Origin: Patescibacteria group bacterium
GTDB lineage: Bacteria; Patescibacteriota; Minisyncoccia; Phycocordibacterales; JAKFXT01
DNA: 42,279 bases
Assembly: GCA_038062065.1 (NCBI GenBank)
Contig: JBBTXX010000010.1
Location: 1 to 42,279 of the forward strand
Direction of reading: 5' to 3'
Shown one piece after another: positions 15,671 through 23,985 of the stretch (the stretch's first letter is position 1; each line of letters starts with the position of its first letter). Both the position numbers and the translations under genes were made by a program. The notes below the pieces were generated by a model that saw nothing but the letters and a program-made list of their open reading frames with translations, was not told the origin of the DNA and did no database searches.

Positions 15671-16282
15671 TTATTTGTCGAGACCACTATTAGAACCAAA
15701 CTCGCCAGGAGATCTGAGAACGAAAACCGCCATAGGTCCAAAAGTGCCTTGTTGCTGGACTTCTTGTTTGACCACGGAGAGCAAACTCCCACCGCTGGAA
15801 TTCACTATATCCCTGGCACGAAACCCATCCGAGGCCCGCACGAATACAAGATACATGGTAAAGACGGAAATGGCGTAGTCACCGTCTTCCTTCTCCTTCA
15901 TCGTTGCGACAGTCACCTCCACCTTATCCCCAAATACTAGTGGGTTAGCAGAGCACCTGACAACATCCCAGGTCGCCACAGAATCCACGACGGCGGAATA
16001 TAAATACGGGTCCAACCAACTTCTGAACTCCCTCTTTTGTTCCGGAGTGGCTTTTTGCCACCTTGGACCGGCAACAAAAGAGGCCTGTCCTTCCGCATCC
16101 ATATACCGGTCAACAATAGGACGAATCCGGGTCACCTTATCTTCCTTGGACAAGTCCGAAATGTCTATAAGTTCAGAACACAAGAACTCGGTGATTTTCA
16201 AGGGCGAATCTTCCGGCTTATCTACAGAGCTGGCAACAAGAACCGCCGCCAACGCAAAGGTTTTGAGCGAAGAAAAAAACAT
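15671..16282 (-). CDS. Secreted MlaC/Ttg2D-like (PF05494-like) lipid-binding protein candidate
   Basis: It has a signal-like N-terminus (MFFSSLKTFALAAVLVASS). The segment IVDRYMD.....SFVAGPRWQKATPEQKREFRSWL..YLYS resembles the MlaC core (D......LG..W.KATP.Q...F...F...L...Y). An SD GGGAGG lies 5 nt upstream of the ATG. Confidence 0.45.
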   Translation of the reverse strand: MFFSSLKTFALAAVLVASSVDKPEDSPLKITEFLCSELIDISDLSKEDKVTRIRPIVDRYMDAEGQASFVAGPRWQKATPEQKREFRSWLDPYLYSAVVDSVATWDVVRCSANPLVFGDKVEVTVATMKEKEDGDYAISVFTMYLVFVRASDGFRARDIVNSSGGSLLSVVKQEVQQQGTFGPMAVFVLRSPGEFGSNSGLDK

Positions 16283-16310
16283 ATGTTCCTCCCTGTCTGT
16301 ATCTAAAAAC

Positions 16311-16339
16311 TATTAAACACCAGTGGTATAAAAACGCAA
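16311..16339 (-). promoter_or_regulatory. Candidate promoter of the MlaC-like gene (TTGCGT-17-TTAATA); copy 1 of a duplicated element
   Basis: On the minus strand, TTGCGT (16339-16334) and TTAATA (16316-16311) are 17 nt apart. Confidence 0.5.
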
Positions 16340-16354
16340 AGTTAAGATTTTAGG

Positions 16355-16433
16355 AAGGTAAAATATAACAAATCCTGCGGCCGCAGGATTTGTTATATTT
16401 TTTAGGAAAAAGTCAGCGTAAAAATTAGAGCAA
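16355..16433 (-). ncRNA. Candidate ~80-nt sRNA between promoter copy 2 and the palindromic terminator
   Basis: It is defined only by a promoter-like element (16440-16468) and the 16361-16400 hairpin plus T-run. It contains no ATG-initiated ORF. Confidence 0.2.
16361..16400. terminator. Perfect 40-nt palindrome (bidirectional terminator-like hairpin) centred on GCGGCCGC
   Basis: aaatataacaaatcctgcgg|ccgcaggatttgttatattt was verified base by base. T-runs flank it on both strands. Confidence 0.7.
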
Positions 16434-16439
16434 GATGCG

Positions 16440-16468
16440 AATAAAACACCCTGGATATAAAAACGCAA
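16440..16468 (-). promoter_or_regulatory. Copy 2 of the promoter-like element (TTGCGT-17-TTTATT)
   Basis: aaacacc-N5-tataaaaacgcaaa occurs at 16315-16340 and again at 16444-16469, a 129-nt offset. Confidence 0.4.
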
Positions 16469-16469
16469 A

Positions 16470-16486
16470 ACCCGCCGTAAGCGGGT
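16470..16486 (-). terminator. Terminator of the 788-aa membrane protein gene
   Basis: The acccgc-cgtaa-gcgggt stem is followed on the minus strand by tttgcgttttta. Confidence 0.5.
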
Positions 16487-16580
16487 CGTGCGAAGATATT
16501 TGCAGCACCAACATTACTGTCAGCACTCACAGAGTGAATTATACACCCTTTTGACCTAAAAAGCAACTAGTCACCCGCAT

Positions 16581-18947
16581 TTAAGGTGTCCTACCGGCTT
16601 GTATATCCTCTATAAATTTATCGGTTTGGGGTTTCAAATCCGGACGCAGTTCCCCTATTTTCTTTAGAGTAGCAATAGAGTCTGCCTTTCGCCCGGCGTC
16701 AAAGTAGGCGGCCGCTAAGGACATAAGGGTCTGCGGATCAGTCGGCGACGCATCGGCTCTATTTTTGAATACCTGTAGAACTAAATCGGTGCGCCCGGTA
16801 TCTCTGTAAGCCCGAACTAGCCGATCGTCGGAAGGAGTGATATTCCCATAGCGCGGCACAAGCAATTCTTGAACCAGATCCATTTTACCTGCGTAAACCG
16901 CCCCAACCGCATAAATGAGCCGGGCGTCGTCGTAACCCGGTGCGGATTCATAAGCTTCTTTAAAAATCGCCAGGGCCTCGTCGTAGCGTTTGAGGCCTAT
17001 ATAAGAGACCCCGAGTTCAAACTTGATGGCTTGTTTGCCCGGAGAAGTCTCTAGGGCTTTTTTAAGATTCGGTATGGCCTGTTCATATAGGCCGTTGGAG
17101 TTATAAAGCCCGCCAAGAAAGAAGGGGTGGCGGGTGTCATTTGGAGCTTCTTCAATCATTTTGCCCATCTCGGAAACTGCCAGTTCAAAAAAACTATTTT
17201 TAACATCAAAAGATAAATTGGAAGTCCGGATGCTGGCCGCCGCTTGGATAAGCTGCTCTCTCGCTTCTTGGGTACCGATAGTGTCGTAAGAAAGCGCGCG
17301 TTTGAAATAAGCCAGGTTGGCGGCGGCCCCTTCTTTTTGCGGTTCCATAGAACTTATAAGCGCGGAGCCGGCGAGAATGGGCCTGATGTTAACCACATAT
17401 AAAACCGCGAGAAGAAGAAGCCCAACCGCAGGCAGAGCAAACTTCATCGGAAGCATGGATGAATGGGGCGGTCTGGGTTCTTCCGGAGGCAGAGAGCGGG
17501 TATGTATATAGGCCAGAACCGCGAAAAAGAACAGGTAACTGATCAAGTTGTCAAAAACAAACAGATTGTGGAAGAAGTAAGCGGAAAGAAGACCGGTGAT
17601 GAGCGCTCTCTCGGTAAAAGAAAGTCCGCTCTTTTTCCATAATAGATATACAGCCGAAAAGAACAAAGTTAGGTAGGTAAGCAACCCAAAAACTCCGCCA
17701 GCGATAAGCCAATCCAAGACCACATTGTGAGTCCTATCAAACCATTGCTCCTGCCGGAACATGCTTGAATCGTAGTATTTGTTGAAAACATAGTTGAAGT
17801 TTTCCTGTCCCCAACCAAAGAACGGCCTTTCTTTAAAACCTTGTAAAGCCATGTTCCAAATTTGAAAACGGGACTGAGTGGTGGTTTCGGAGATGGATAT
17901 GTTGGCAAAACGATTCAAGACTTCGCTTTTTTGGACAAAGTCCGCTTCCTTCACGGCAAAAAATACTCCCACAAAAGCCAGGATGCCTAAAATAACGGCC
18001 CCAGAAATTTTCCTTAATTTGGGTTCCTTACGATCAAAAATGGCTATTAATACAGTGGTCAGAAGAGCACCACCGATAAGGCCCAGGATGGCACCGCGAG
18101 TCGCGGTGTGGTAGAGAATAAAAATCTCAAAAGTAAGAAGCGCGTAAATAAAATATTTTTTCGGAAAGAAAGGAGCTACTCCGGCAGAAAGGATTGGAAG
18201 GAGAAGGTAAACATTGGTAAGGAATCCTCCATCCCTGGAGAGAAGAGAAGCGGAACCGAAATCGGAAACAAGCAGCATGAAAACCCCAGCTAAGGATAAG
18301 AACCAAACTCCCAGTTTTTCAACAAGCGTCCAGGCAGAGCTTCTCTCCCGAAAATATAAAAGCACCAGAAAGAATATATGGAATAGCATGTACACGGCCA
18401 GGTAAGTCGCGTTGCCGAGCGTGCCGTCCAGACGCACTCCACCCTGGTTTATGGTCAAAACTCCAGCCAGCTGAAAAGCCCCAAAACCACAAAGCCAGGC
18501 GGCCACAAAGGTGGAAGTTTTCAGCCACCAATTCCAATCCTTCTCCGTGCGCAGGAAAACCGTAAATATAAGGAGGTACGCAAAGAGGTGGAGAAGAGTT
18601 ATATACCCCTCCATTCTCTCAAAATTGCTCCAAAAACTTTTGAAAACATTTTCCGAAAGCAGAGTAGAAATCCCTAGCGTCAAAAGAAATGCCAGGAAAG
18701 ACCAAACTAAATATGATGCCTTGGGGCGATATGTAGGACTTTGTATAAGCAGGAGCGCCCAAGCCGCTAGCATCAGCTCCACCACAATTCTGAAGGTAAA
18801 ATTCTTACCGGTTATAAAGGGAAAAAAGAGGTGGGAGGCGACAACGAGAGGTATGAAAGGTACGGCGTAAATACCGGAGAGTACCGCGTAGCGAAGCATT
18901 TTTTCCATCGTCATACGCAGACGACTATAACATAAGCCTAGAGACAC
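16581..18947 (-). CDS. Polytopic O-antigen-ligase/polymerase-like (Wzy_C-type) membrane protein with a C-terminal TPR domain
   Basis: 788 aa with ~12 TM segments, a large loop (RFQIWNMALQGFKERPFFGWGQENF) typical of the O-antigen ligase family, and TPR-like repeats in the last ~250 aa. The true start may be an internal ATG (18911/18905). Confidence 0.7.
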   Translation of the reverse strand: MSLGLCYSRLRMTMEKMLRYAVLSGIYAVPFIPLVVASHLFFPFITGKNFTFRIVVELMLAAWALLLIQSPTYRPKASYLVWSFLAFLLTLGISTLLSENVFKSFWSNFERMEGYITLLHLFAYLLIFTVFLRTEKDWNWWLKTSTFVAAWLCGFGAFQLAGVLTINQGGVRLDGTLGNATYLAVYMLFHIFFLVLLYFRERSSAWTLVEKLGVWFLSLAGVFMLLVSDFGSASLLSRDGGFLTNVYLLLPILSAGVAPFFPKKYFIYALLTFEIFILYHTATRGAILGLIGGALLTTVLIAIFDRKEPKLRKISGAVILGILAFVGVFFAVKEADFVQKSEVLNRFANISISETTTQSRFQIWNMALQGFKERPFFGWGQENFNYVFNKYYDSSMFRQEQWFDRTHNVVLDWLIAGGVFGLLTYLTLFFSAVYLLWKKSGLSFTERALITGLLSAYFFHNLFVFDNLISYLFFFAVLAYIHTRSLPPEEPRPPHSSMLPMKFALPAVGLLLLAVLYVVNIRPILAGSALISSMEPQKEGAAANLAYFKRALSYDTIGTQEAREQLIQAAASIRTSNLSFDVKNSFFELAVSEMGKMIEEAPNDTRHPFFLGGLYNSNGLYEQAIPNLKKALETSPGKQAIKFELGVSYIGLKRYDEALAIFKEAYESAPGYDDARLIYAVGAVYAGKMDLVQELLVPRYGNITPSDDRLVRAYRDTGRTDLVLQVFKNRADASPTDPQTLMSLAAAYFDAGRKADSIATLKKIGELRPDLKPQTDKFIEDIQAGRTP

Positions 18948-18978
18948 CTGCTAGCGATAGAGAAAGTTATAATCTAGT

Positions 18979-20250
18979 ATGGTCCAAATGACCGAGAACA
19001 TAAGCAGGATTGCCACCGACATTCTGCGCTGGAGCGAGCGGTATACCAATTTGGATATGGTTTATGTGGCGAGGGGCGGTTTTTGGATAACCTTCGCGCA
19101 AGTAATTTCCAGTCTACTGTCTCTCCTTCTCATTGTAGCCTTCGCCAATCTCTTACCTAAGGAAACTTACGGTCTATATCGTTACATTCTTTCTTTAGCG
19201 GGGATATTCGGGATTTTCTCACTGACCGGCATGAACAACGCGGTGGCGCGTGCGGTTGCTGTGGGTCAAGAAGGAGCTTTTCAAGATTCTGTTAAATACC
19301 AGCTCAAATGGAATTTGATGATGCTCACGGCCTTTATGGCCTTGGGTGGTTACTACCTGGTACAAGGTAATTCCCTTTTCGCCGTATCTTTCTTTATCTT
19401 GGGACTATTTACTCCAGCTACCCAAGCTTTTAATACTTACGGCTCATACTTAGAAGGTAAAAAGGAGTTTGGTTTAGCCAGTATCTTTAGTATTGTCTCT
19501 ACCTTCGTATACACCGCCGGCATGCTCCTGGTTCTTTTCCTGGGTGCCGACGTCTTTTGGCTAATATTTGTATATTCCGGATTAACCCTATTATCCACTT
19601 TTATTTTTTACGCTCTGACGCTCCGAATTTTTAAACCATCCCAGTCATCTTCTGGGGAAACCCTCCAATATGGGCGCCAATTAACTTTTCTAGGATTTAT
19701 TGACCCTATAGCCTCGCAGATAGATAAAATAGTAGTGGCTCATTTCTGGGGCACAGCCCAACTGGCTACCTATACTCTGGCTATGGCTATACCTGCCCGC
19801 GCTACCATTATCATTAAAAGTTTGGTTGGGTTGGGCTCCCCCAAGTTCGCCAACAAGACTCCCGAAGAAATAAACCAGGCTTTCTATAAAAGACTTTTTC
19901 AAGGCATGCTTCTGGGTGCCTTGGCGGCAGGGGCTTACATATTGATTGCCCCACACCTGTTTAAATATGTTTTGCCCCGATACCTAGATTCCGTATTTTA
20001 CTCTCAAATTCTGGCCATTAGTCTCATCTTCGCCATGCCCAACCGCCTAGTTAGTTTACTCCTGACATCCCAAAAATTCACCAAATTCATTTTCCTTAAC
20101 AGTATAACCCAAAATCTTTTGCGTATTACTCTCTACACGATTCTCGGAATCTGGGGAGGAGTTTTTGGACTGGTCTTGGCGTTCGTTTTGCACTCTTTTA
20201 TCGGCATGCTCGCAAACATCGCGATATGGCAATTTGGCAGCCGGGCCTGA
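18979..20250 (+). CDS. Wzx-type oligosaccharide flippase (MOP superfamily)
   Basis: 423 aa with ~12 TM segments and the typical polysaccharide-biosynthesis-protein architecture. It is divergent from the ligase-like gene. Confidence 0.75.
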   Translation: MVQMTENISRIATDILRWSERYTNLDMVYVARGGFWITFAQVISSLLSLLLIVAFANLLPKETYGLYRYILSLAGIFGIFSLTGMNNAVARAVAVGQEGAFQDSVKYQLKWNLMMLTAFMALGGYYLVQGNSLFAVSFFILGLFTPATQAFNTYGSYLEGKKEFGLASIFSIVSTFVYTAGMLLVLFLGADVFWLIFVYSGLTLLSTFIFYALTLRIFKPSQSSSGETLQYGRQLTFLGFIDPIASQIDKIVVAHFWGTAQLATYTLAMAIPARATIIIKSLVGLGSPKFANKTPEEINQAFYKRLFQGMLLGALAAGAYILIAPHLFKYVLPRYLDSVFYSQILAISLIFAMPNRLVSLLLTSQKFTKFIFLNSITQNLLRITLYTILGIWGGVFGLVLAFVLHSFIGMLANIAIWQFGSRA

Positions 20251-22002
20251 TTACGTTTCTAAATTTTTCTGGAGCTGTTCCACTACCCAAGCACTGCCGT
20301 TCCTAGTCGGGTCACCAAAAAACCGCTCCTTAAGTTCTTCTAAAAATTTGTCTGGAACCGCCCTTGCACCTCTTATTTTTTGCACCAACTCTTCCGGATT
20401 TTCTGCAAAGAATGGTTGGCCCGGAGCGTAGTCCGCAAGCTCGTAATAATCTCCCCATTTTTCTGTACGAAAATATATAGGAACTCTTGTCTGCTGCAAG
20501 GCTTCCAAAACTCCGGTGCTTTGACAGCCCACAGCCACATCCGAAACCGCAATCGCTTCCTGCATACTACCTCTGACTATATTTAAGTTTTCACGTTTTA
20601 GAACCCCGGGGTTATTGAGTATGAGCCATTGTTCAAAACCATCGCGCGAGGGACGAAACTTTAAAGTTAATTTAATATCCTGCCTTCGAAGTAGCTCCTC
20701 AAGATAAGGTAGGACTTCTTCCGGAGCGGCTACCTCTTCGGAAACAAATAAAACACGGGTAATTCCGCTGGAGGATTCTTTGTCTGGAACTCCGAAAATT
20801 TTTAGAAGTGGCCGCATGGGGCCGGAAACGTAAAGTTGCTCGGGCGCATAGATCCTGCTGTATTTTATAAAATACGACTTCCACCATTCACTCCAAAGAC
20901 CGTATGTGTCCACGGAAAGTCTTTTCTCTCCATTAAAGCCGGGCATAAACTCATATACGTTGTAGAAACGCGAGGCCACGCCGTGGAGTATGCCGACGGT
21001 CGGTATGCCGTTCAGCTTACAACCGAGTACTGTGGGAAAATTGCGTTGTGAGCCGGCTGTGATTAGCCCAGTTTCAACGCCAACCGCGCTCAAAATGAGA
21101 CGCATAATGCGTATAGCCCATACATCCTCGTAAACTCCGATTAAAAACAAAGTGGATAGGGATAATTTAAATCTTGTTTCTGGATCTAAATTCTTGGGAA
21201 ATGTGTCTGCTCCAAACTTTTTACGGGCACTGGAACGACCACCGGTCAACACACTAAGAAACCGTCCGATAAAAACCGCGGTTTCCGAATAGATGACCGG
21301 GCGCTTGCGTACAAATACGTGTTCTAGAACACTCCTCCAGGATTCCACTCCACGAATAAATTCCACGAAAGGCAATTTCTTCCGCCGCAATTCCTCGTAG
21401 ACGAAGCGGAACCGAAAATCATGATCTTTCCCTTTTTCAAACTTATCGCCGACATAAACCATGATTGGACGACGCAGTACCACTAGCGCTGGCAAGAATA
21501 TGAAGGTTAGAATTATCTGAAGCAGAACACCAAAAGGTAGAAAAGACGGGCTGTGTAAACCGGGCGCAGGAATCACATTTATTTTTCTCCCGTATGCTTC
21601 CAGATAGGAAGAAAATAAATTGGCGTGCGGTGGTTTGTAAAAATAAATACTCGGAAAATCTTTCAGGTATTCCAGCAACTTGCGATAGCGCGTGTAAGGG
21701 AGACAGAAGTGATAGAAGAGACTGTCATAATGCATCCACCACAATTCATAACCCTTGTAGAGAAAAGACTTGGCGACAGGTGTCCCATCCGCAAGTTTCA
21801 GGTGGGGTAATTCTTCCAAAAGCGTAGTGGCTTGGTAAATACTTCCCGGACCAGCTAGCCCGTCCAAATCTACCCACCTTAAGCCCGCCGACTCTACCGC
21901 CTGCTTAAGATTTTTTTTAGCGACAACTTCTTTGTAGCCGCGATTTAAACGCTCAGGGAGTTCTTCGCCAAAGACAATTAATATAGCTTTACTCTCTTTC
22001 AT
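20251..22002 (-). CDS. Uncharacterised 583-aa glycan-biosynthesis protein (N-domain, one TM, GT-B-like C-terminal region)
   Basis: It has a central TM segment (FLPFGVLLQIILTFIFLPALVVL). The C-terminal pattern LTLKFRPS...AIAVSDVAVGCQSTGVLEALQ..VPIYF resembles capsule-synthesis/GT-B donor-binding halves. I could not recognise a family with confidence. Confidence 0.6.
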   Translation of the reverse strand: MKESKAILIVFGEELPERLNRGYKEVVAKKNLKQAVESAGLRWVDLDGLAGPGSIYQATTLLEELPHLKLADGTPVAKSFLYKGYELWWMHYDSLFYHFCLPYTRYRKLLEYLKDFPSIYFYKPPHANLFSSYLEAYGRKINVIPAPGLHSPSFLPFGVLLQIILTFIFLPALVVLRRPIMVYVGDKFEKGKDHDFRFRFVYEELRRKKLPFVEFIRGVESWRSVLEHVFVRKRPVIYSETAVFIGRFLSVLTGGRSSARKKFGADTFPKNLDPETRFKLSLSTLFLIGVYEDVWAIRIMRLILSAVGVETGLITAGSQRNFPTVLGCKLNGIPTVGILHGVASRFYNVYEFMPGFNGEKRLSVDTYGLWSEWWKSYFIKYSRIYAPEQLYVSGPMRPLLKIFGVPDKESSSGITRVLFVSEEVAAPEEVLPYLEELLRRQDIKLTLKFRPSRDGFEQWLILNNPGVLKRENLNIVRGSMQEAIAVSDVAVGCQSTGVLEALQQTRVPIYFRTEKWGDYYELADYAPGQPFFAENPEELVQKIRGARAVPDKFLEELKERFFGDPTRNGSAWVVEQLQKNLET

Positions 22003-22063
22003 TTGATGGGGAATCCTAGCATAGAAAAGTTGTGGCAGTTCGTATAGGGCTAATTAGCTTAAC

Positions 22064-22092
22064 TTGACAAAGTGTATAATAAGATATATGAT
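22064..22092 (+). promoter_or_regulatory. Candidate promoter TTGACA-17-TATGAT
   Basis: A consensus -35 lies at 22064-22069 and a -10 at 22087-22092. It is followed by an SD GGAGAG (22121-22126) and the TTG start at 22131. Confidence 0.5.
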
Positions 22093-22130
22093 TCAATAAG
22101 CAATCCCTGCTAAAACAGAAGGAGAGAACC

Positions 22131-23177
22131 TTGAACATCACCGCGGTCACCCAAGACGTCGGGAATGGAAATTCCCTGCGTCTAATCGGTGCTCATCTAG
22201 AAAAGATGGGTCACCAAGTGGAGGGCTTTTTCGGAGGGGGTAAACCTCTGCCGGAAGGGTCCCTGGAGCGCATCAATGAGTCCCTGAAGCAGGCCGATCG
22301 CCTGCTTGTCAGCTTCTCCTCGGCGGAGAGTCGGACGGCGGAAGAGCGACACGCAATGCAAGAAGCCGTCCGGCTCGGCGTGCCGATCGCCGTCTTCTCC
22401 GACATCTACGGGATGTACAATCGCCCCTGGTTTTCGGACTTGCTACCCAAAGCCGGCCTGCTTTTCGTCATTGACGAGAATGAGGTGAAAACTGCCGAGA
22501 GCGTTGTTGGCCCAAACACAAGAATCGTCCACGCCGCGAACCCTTACTGGGCGGAATTCTTCAAGGTCAAGTTCGACCGCGAAGAAGTTCGTTCCAAACT
22601 CGGTATCGACACGGACGAAACCATGATCCTGGTCTCCGGCTCCAAGGAGCTGGAGAGAAACCGGAGTCTTTTCCGGGATGTTGCGATGACGACAGTGTCC
22701 GTGGAGTCGTTATCCAATATCAAGCTTCGCGTAGTTCTCACTACGCATCCAGGCGCCAACCACGGACAAGATGCCTACGAAGACATCTTGGGGTCAGCCA
22801 GACCATTGGTCAGCTTTGCGCCAAAGGAAACTGGTCTCTCCACCCAAGACATGGTCGCGGGAAGCGACCTCGTCATAACTGGCGGTGGATCCACTATCAC
22901 TCTCATGGCGGCCTGCCAAAGAGTACTGGTTGTGGATCTGATGCACGATATCGACAAAATCTGGTGGAAGGAGCTCTCCGGGCTTGGTTTTTGGCCCCCA
23001 GCCAAAAGCGGAGTATCTGCCTTAGCCGAGTCTTTAAAGGATATCGGTAGGGAGATACTCTTCCTCACGAAACCGAGTGCCGAGTCGGAACGGATGCGGA
23101 AAATCCAGAGAGAGGAGTTCTCCCTAGCCAAGTTTGAGAACGCCGCCGAGAAAATCGCCTCCGAACTCGTCAGCTGA
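22131..23177 (+). CDS. GT-B-fold (MurG/GT28-like C-terminal motif) glycosyltransferase-like protein with atypically high GC
   Basis: 348 aa with a TTG start. The motif GSDLVITGGGSTITLMAACQRVLVV resembles the GT28 C-terminal signature. Its codons are strongly G/C-ending, unlike its neighbours. Confidence 0.6.
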   Translation: MNITAVTQDVGNGNSLRLIGAHLEKMGHQVEGFFGGGKPLPEGSLERINESLKQADRLLVSFSSAESRTAEERHAMQEAVRLGVPIAVFSDIYGMYNRPWFSDLLPKAGLLFVIDENEVKTAESVVGPNTRIVHAANPYWAEFFKVKFDREEVRSKLGIDTDETMILVSGSKELERNRSLFRDVAMTTVSVESLSNIKLRVVLTTHPGANHGQDAYEDILGSARPLVSFAPKETGLSTQDMVAGSDLVITGGGSTITLMAACQRVLVVDLMHDIDKIWWKELSGLGFWPPAKSGVSALAESLKDIGREILFLTKPSAESERMRKIQREEFSLAKFENAAEKIASELVS

Positions 23178-23188
23178 TTCTGAACTTC

Positions 23189-23224
23189 AAACTGCTTGCT
23201 TCCCCTTGGGGGAGCAAGCAGTTT
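23189..23224. terminator. Bidirectional terminator between convergent genes
   Basis: aaactgcttgct(t)cccc-ttg-ggggagcaagcagttt forms a ~16-bp stem with one bulge, and T-runs follow. Confidence 0.75.
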
Positions 23225-23226
23225 TT

Positions 23227-23985
23227 CTATTTATCCCCTATTTCGTCCTGCAAAGATATGTTGGAAGATGCGTAAGTAGTACATTTTCCATATTTATCAA
23301 TACTGGTTTTCGTGTGAACGCCTCCGGCGGCTTTTACTAGCGCCAGACCGGCAGCCACGTCCCAGATATAAATACCTTTTTCAAAATAGGCGTCGGCTCT
23401 ACCGCAAGCCACATACGCAAGCGAGAGTGCCGCGGAACCAAATAGACGCACTTTTTTAAAAACCTGCACTCGCGAAATAAAATTCTGTAGCGCCTCGCTT
23501 GACTGGTCGGAATGCGAAGGAAATCCGCTCATAAGTATGGCTTCTCCTTTTTCTTTAACGCCAGACACAAAAATGGGTTTTCCATTGAGCCATGCGCCCT
23601 CCCCTACCACTCCGGTAAACATTTCGTCCCGATTGAAATCATAAATAACCCCGAGCTTCGGTTCCCCGTCTTCCATCAAAGCGATGGATACTACAGAAAT
23701 AGGTATGCCGCGGGAAAAGTTTAGACTGCCGTCCAACGGATCAATGACCCATTGTTTTTTCTTATCAAATTCGTGCACCCCGTCTTCTTCGGAAAGAATA
23801 GGAATGCCCGTAGCCCCTAATTTTTGAAGTAAAAACTTATGCGCTTCCATATCAACATCAAGTTTTACATCCTTACCGATACTGCTAAGTACTTTGGCTT
23901 CCTGCGATTTCAACATTTCACCCGCTTTGCGAGCGGCGTTCTCTGCTAGAAGTAATAGATCATTTCCCATCTGAAAATGTGCCAT
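23227..23985 (-). CDS. Inositol-monophosphatase-family sugar phosphatase
   Basis: It carries the IMPase motifs WVIDPLDGSLNF and IWDVAAGLALV. Confidence 0.85.
   Translation of the reverse strand: MAHFQMGNDLLLLAENAARKAGEMLKSQEAKVLSSIGKDVKLDVDMEAHKFLLQKLGATGIPILSEEDGVHEFDKKKQWVIDPLDGSLNFSRGIPISVVSIALMEDGEPKLGVIYDFNRDEMFTGVVGEGAWLNGKPIFVSGVKEKGEAILMSGFPSHSDQSSEALQNFISRVQVFKKVRLFGSAALSLAYVACGRADAYFEKGIYIWDVAAGLALVKAAGGVHTKTSIDKYGKCTTYASSNISLQDEIGDK

Noticed and set aside
15114-15792. Track ORFs 15114-15494(-), 15287-15586(+) and 15484-15792(-)
   Set aside because: They overlap the murB start, the terminators and the promoter. They owe their length to the stop-poor GC-rich sequence, and their products have no recognisable features.
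16598-16612. A T-loop-like string ggtttcaaatccgg
   Set aside because: It lies inside the 788-aa CDS. No acceptor, D or anticodon arms can be drawn around it, so it is not a tRNA.
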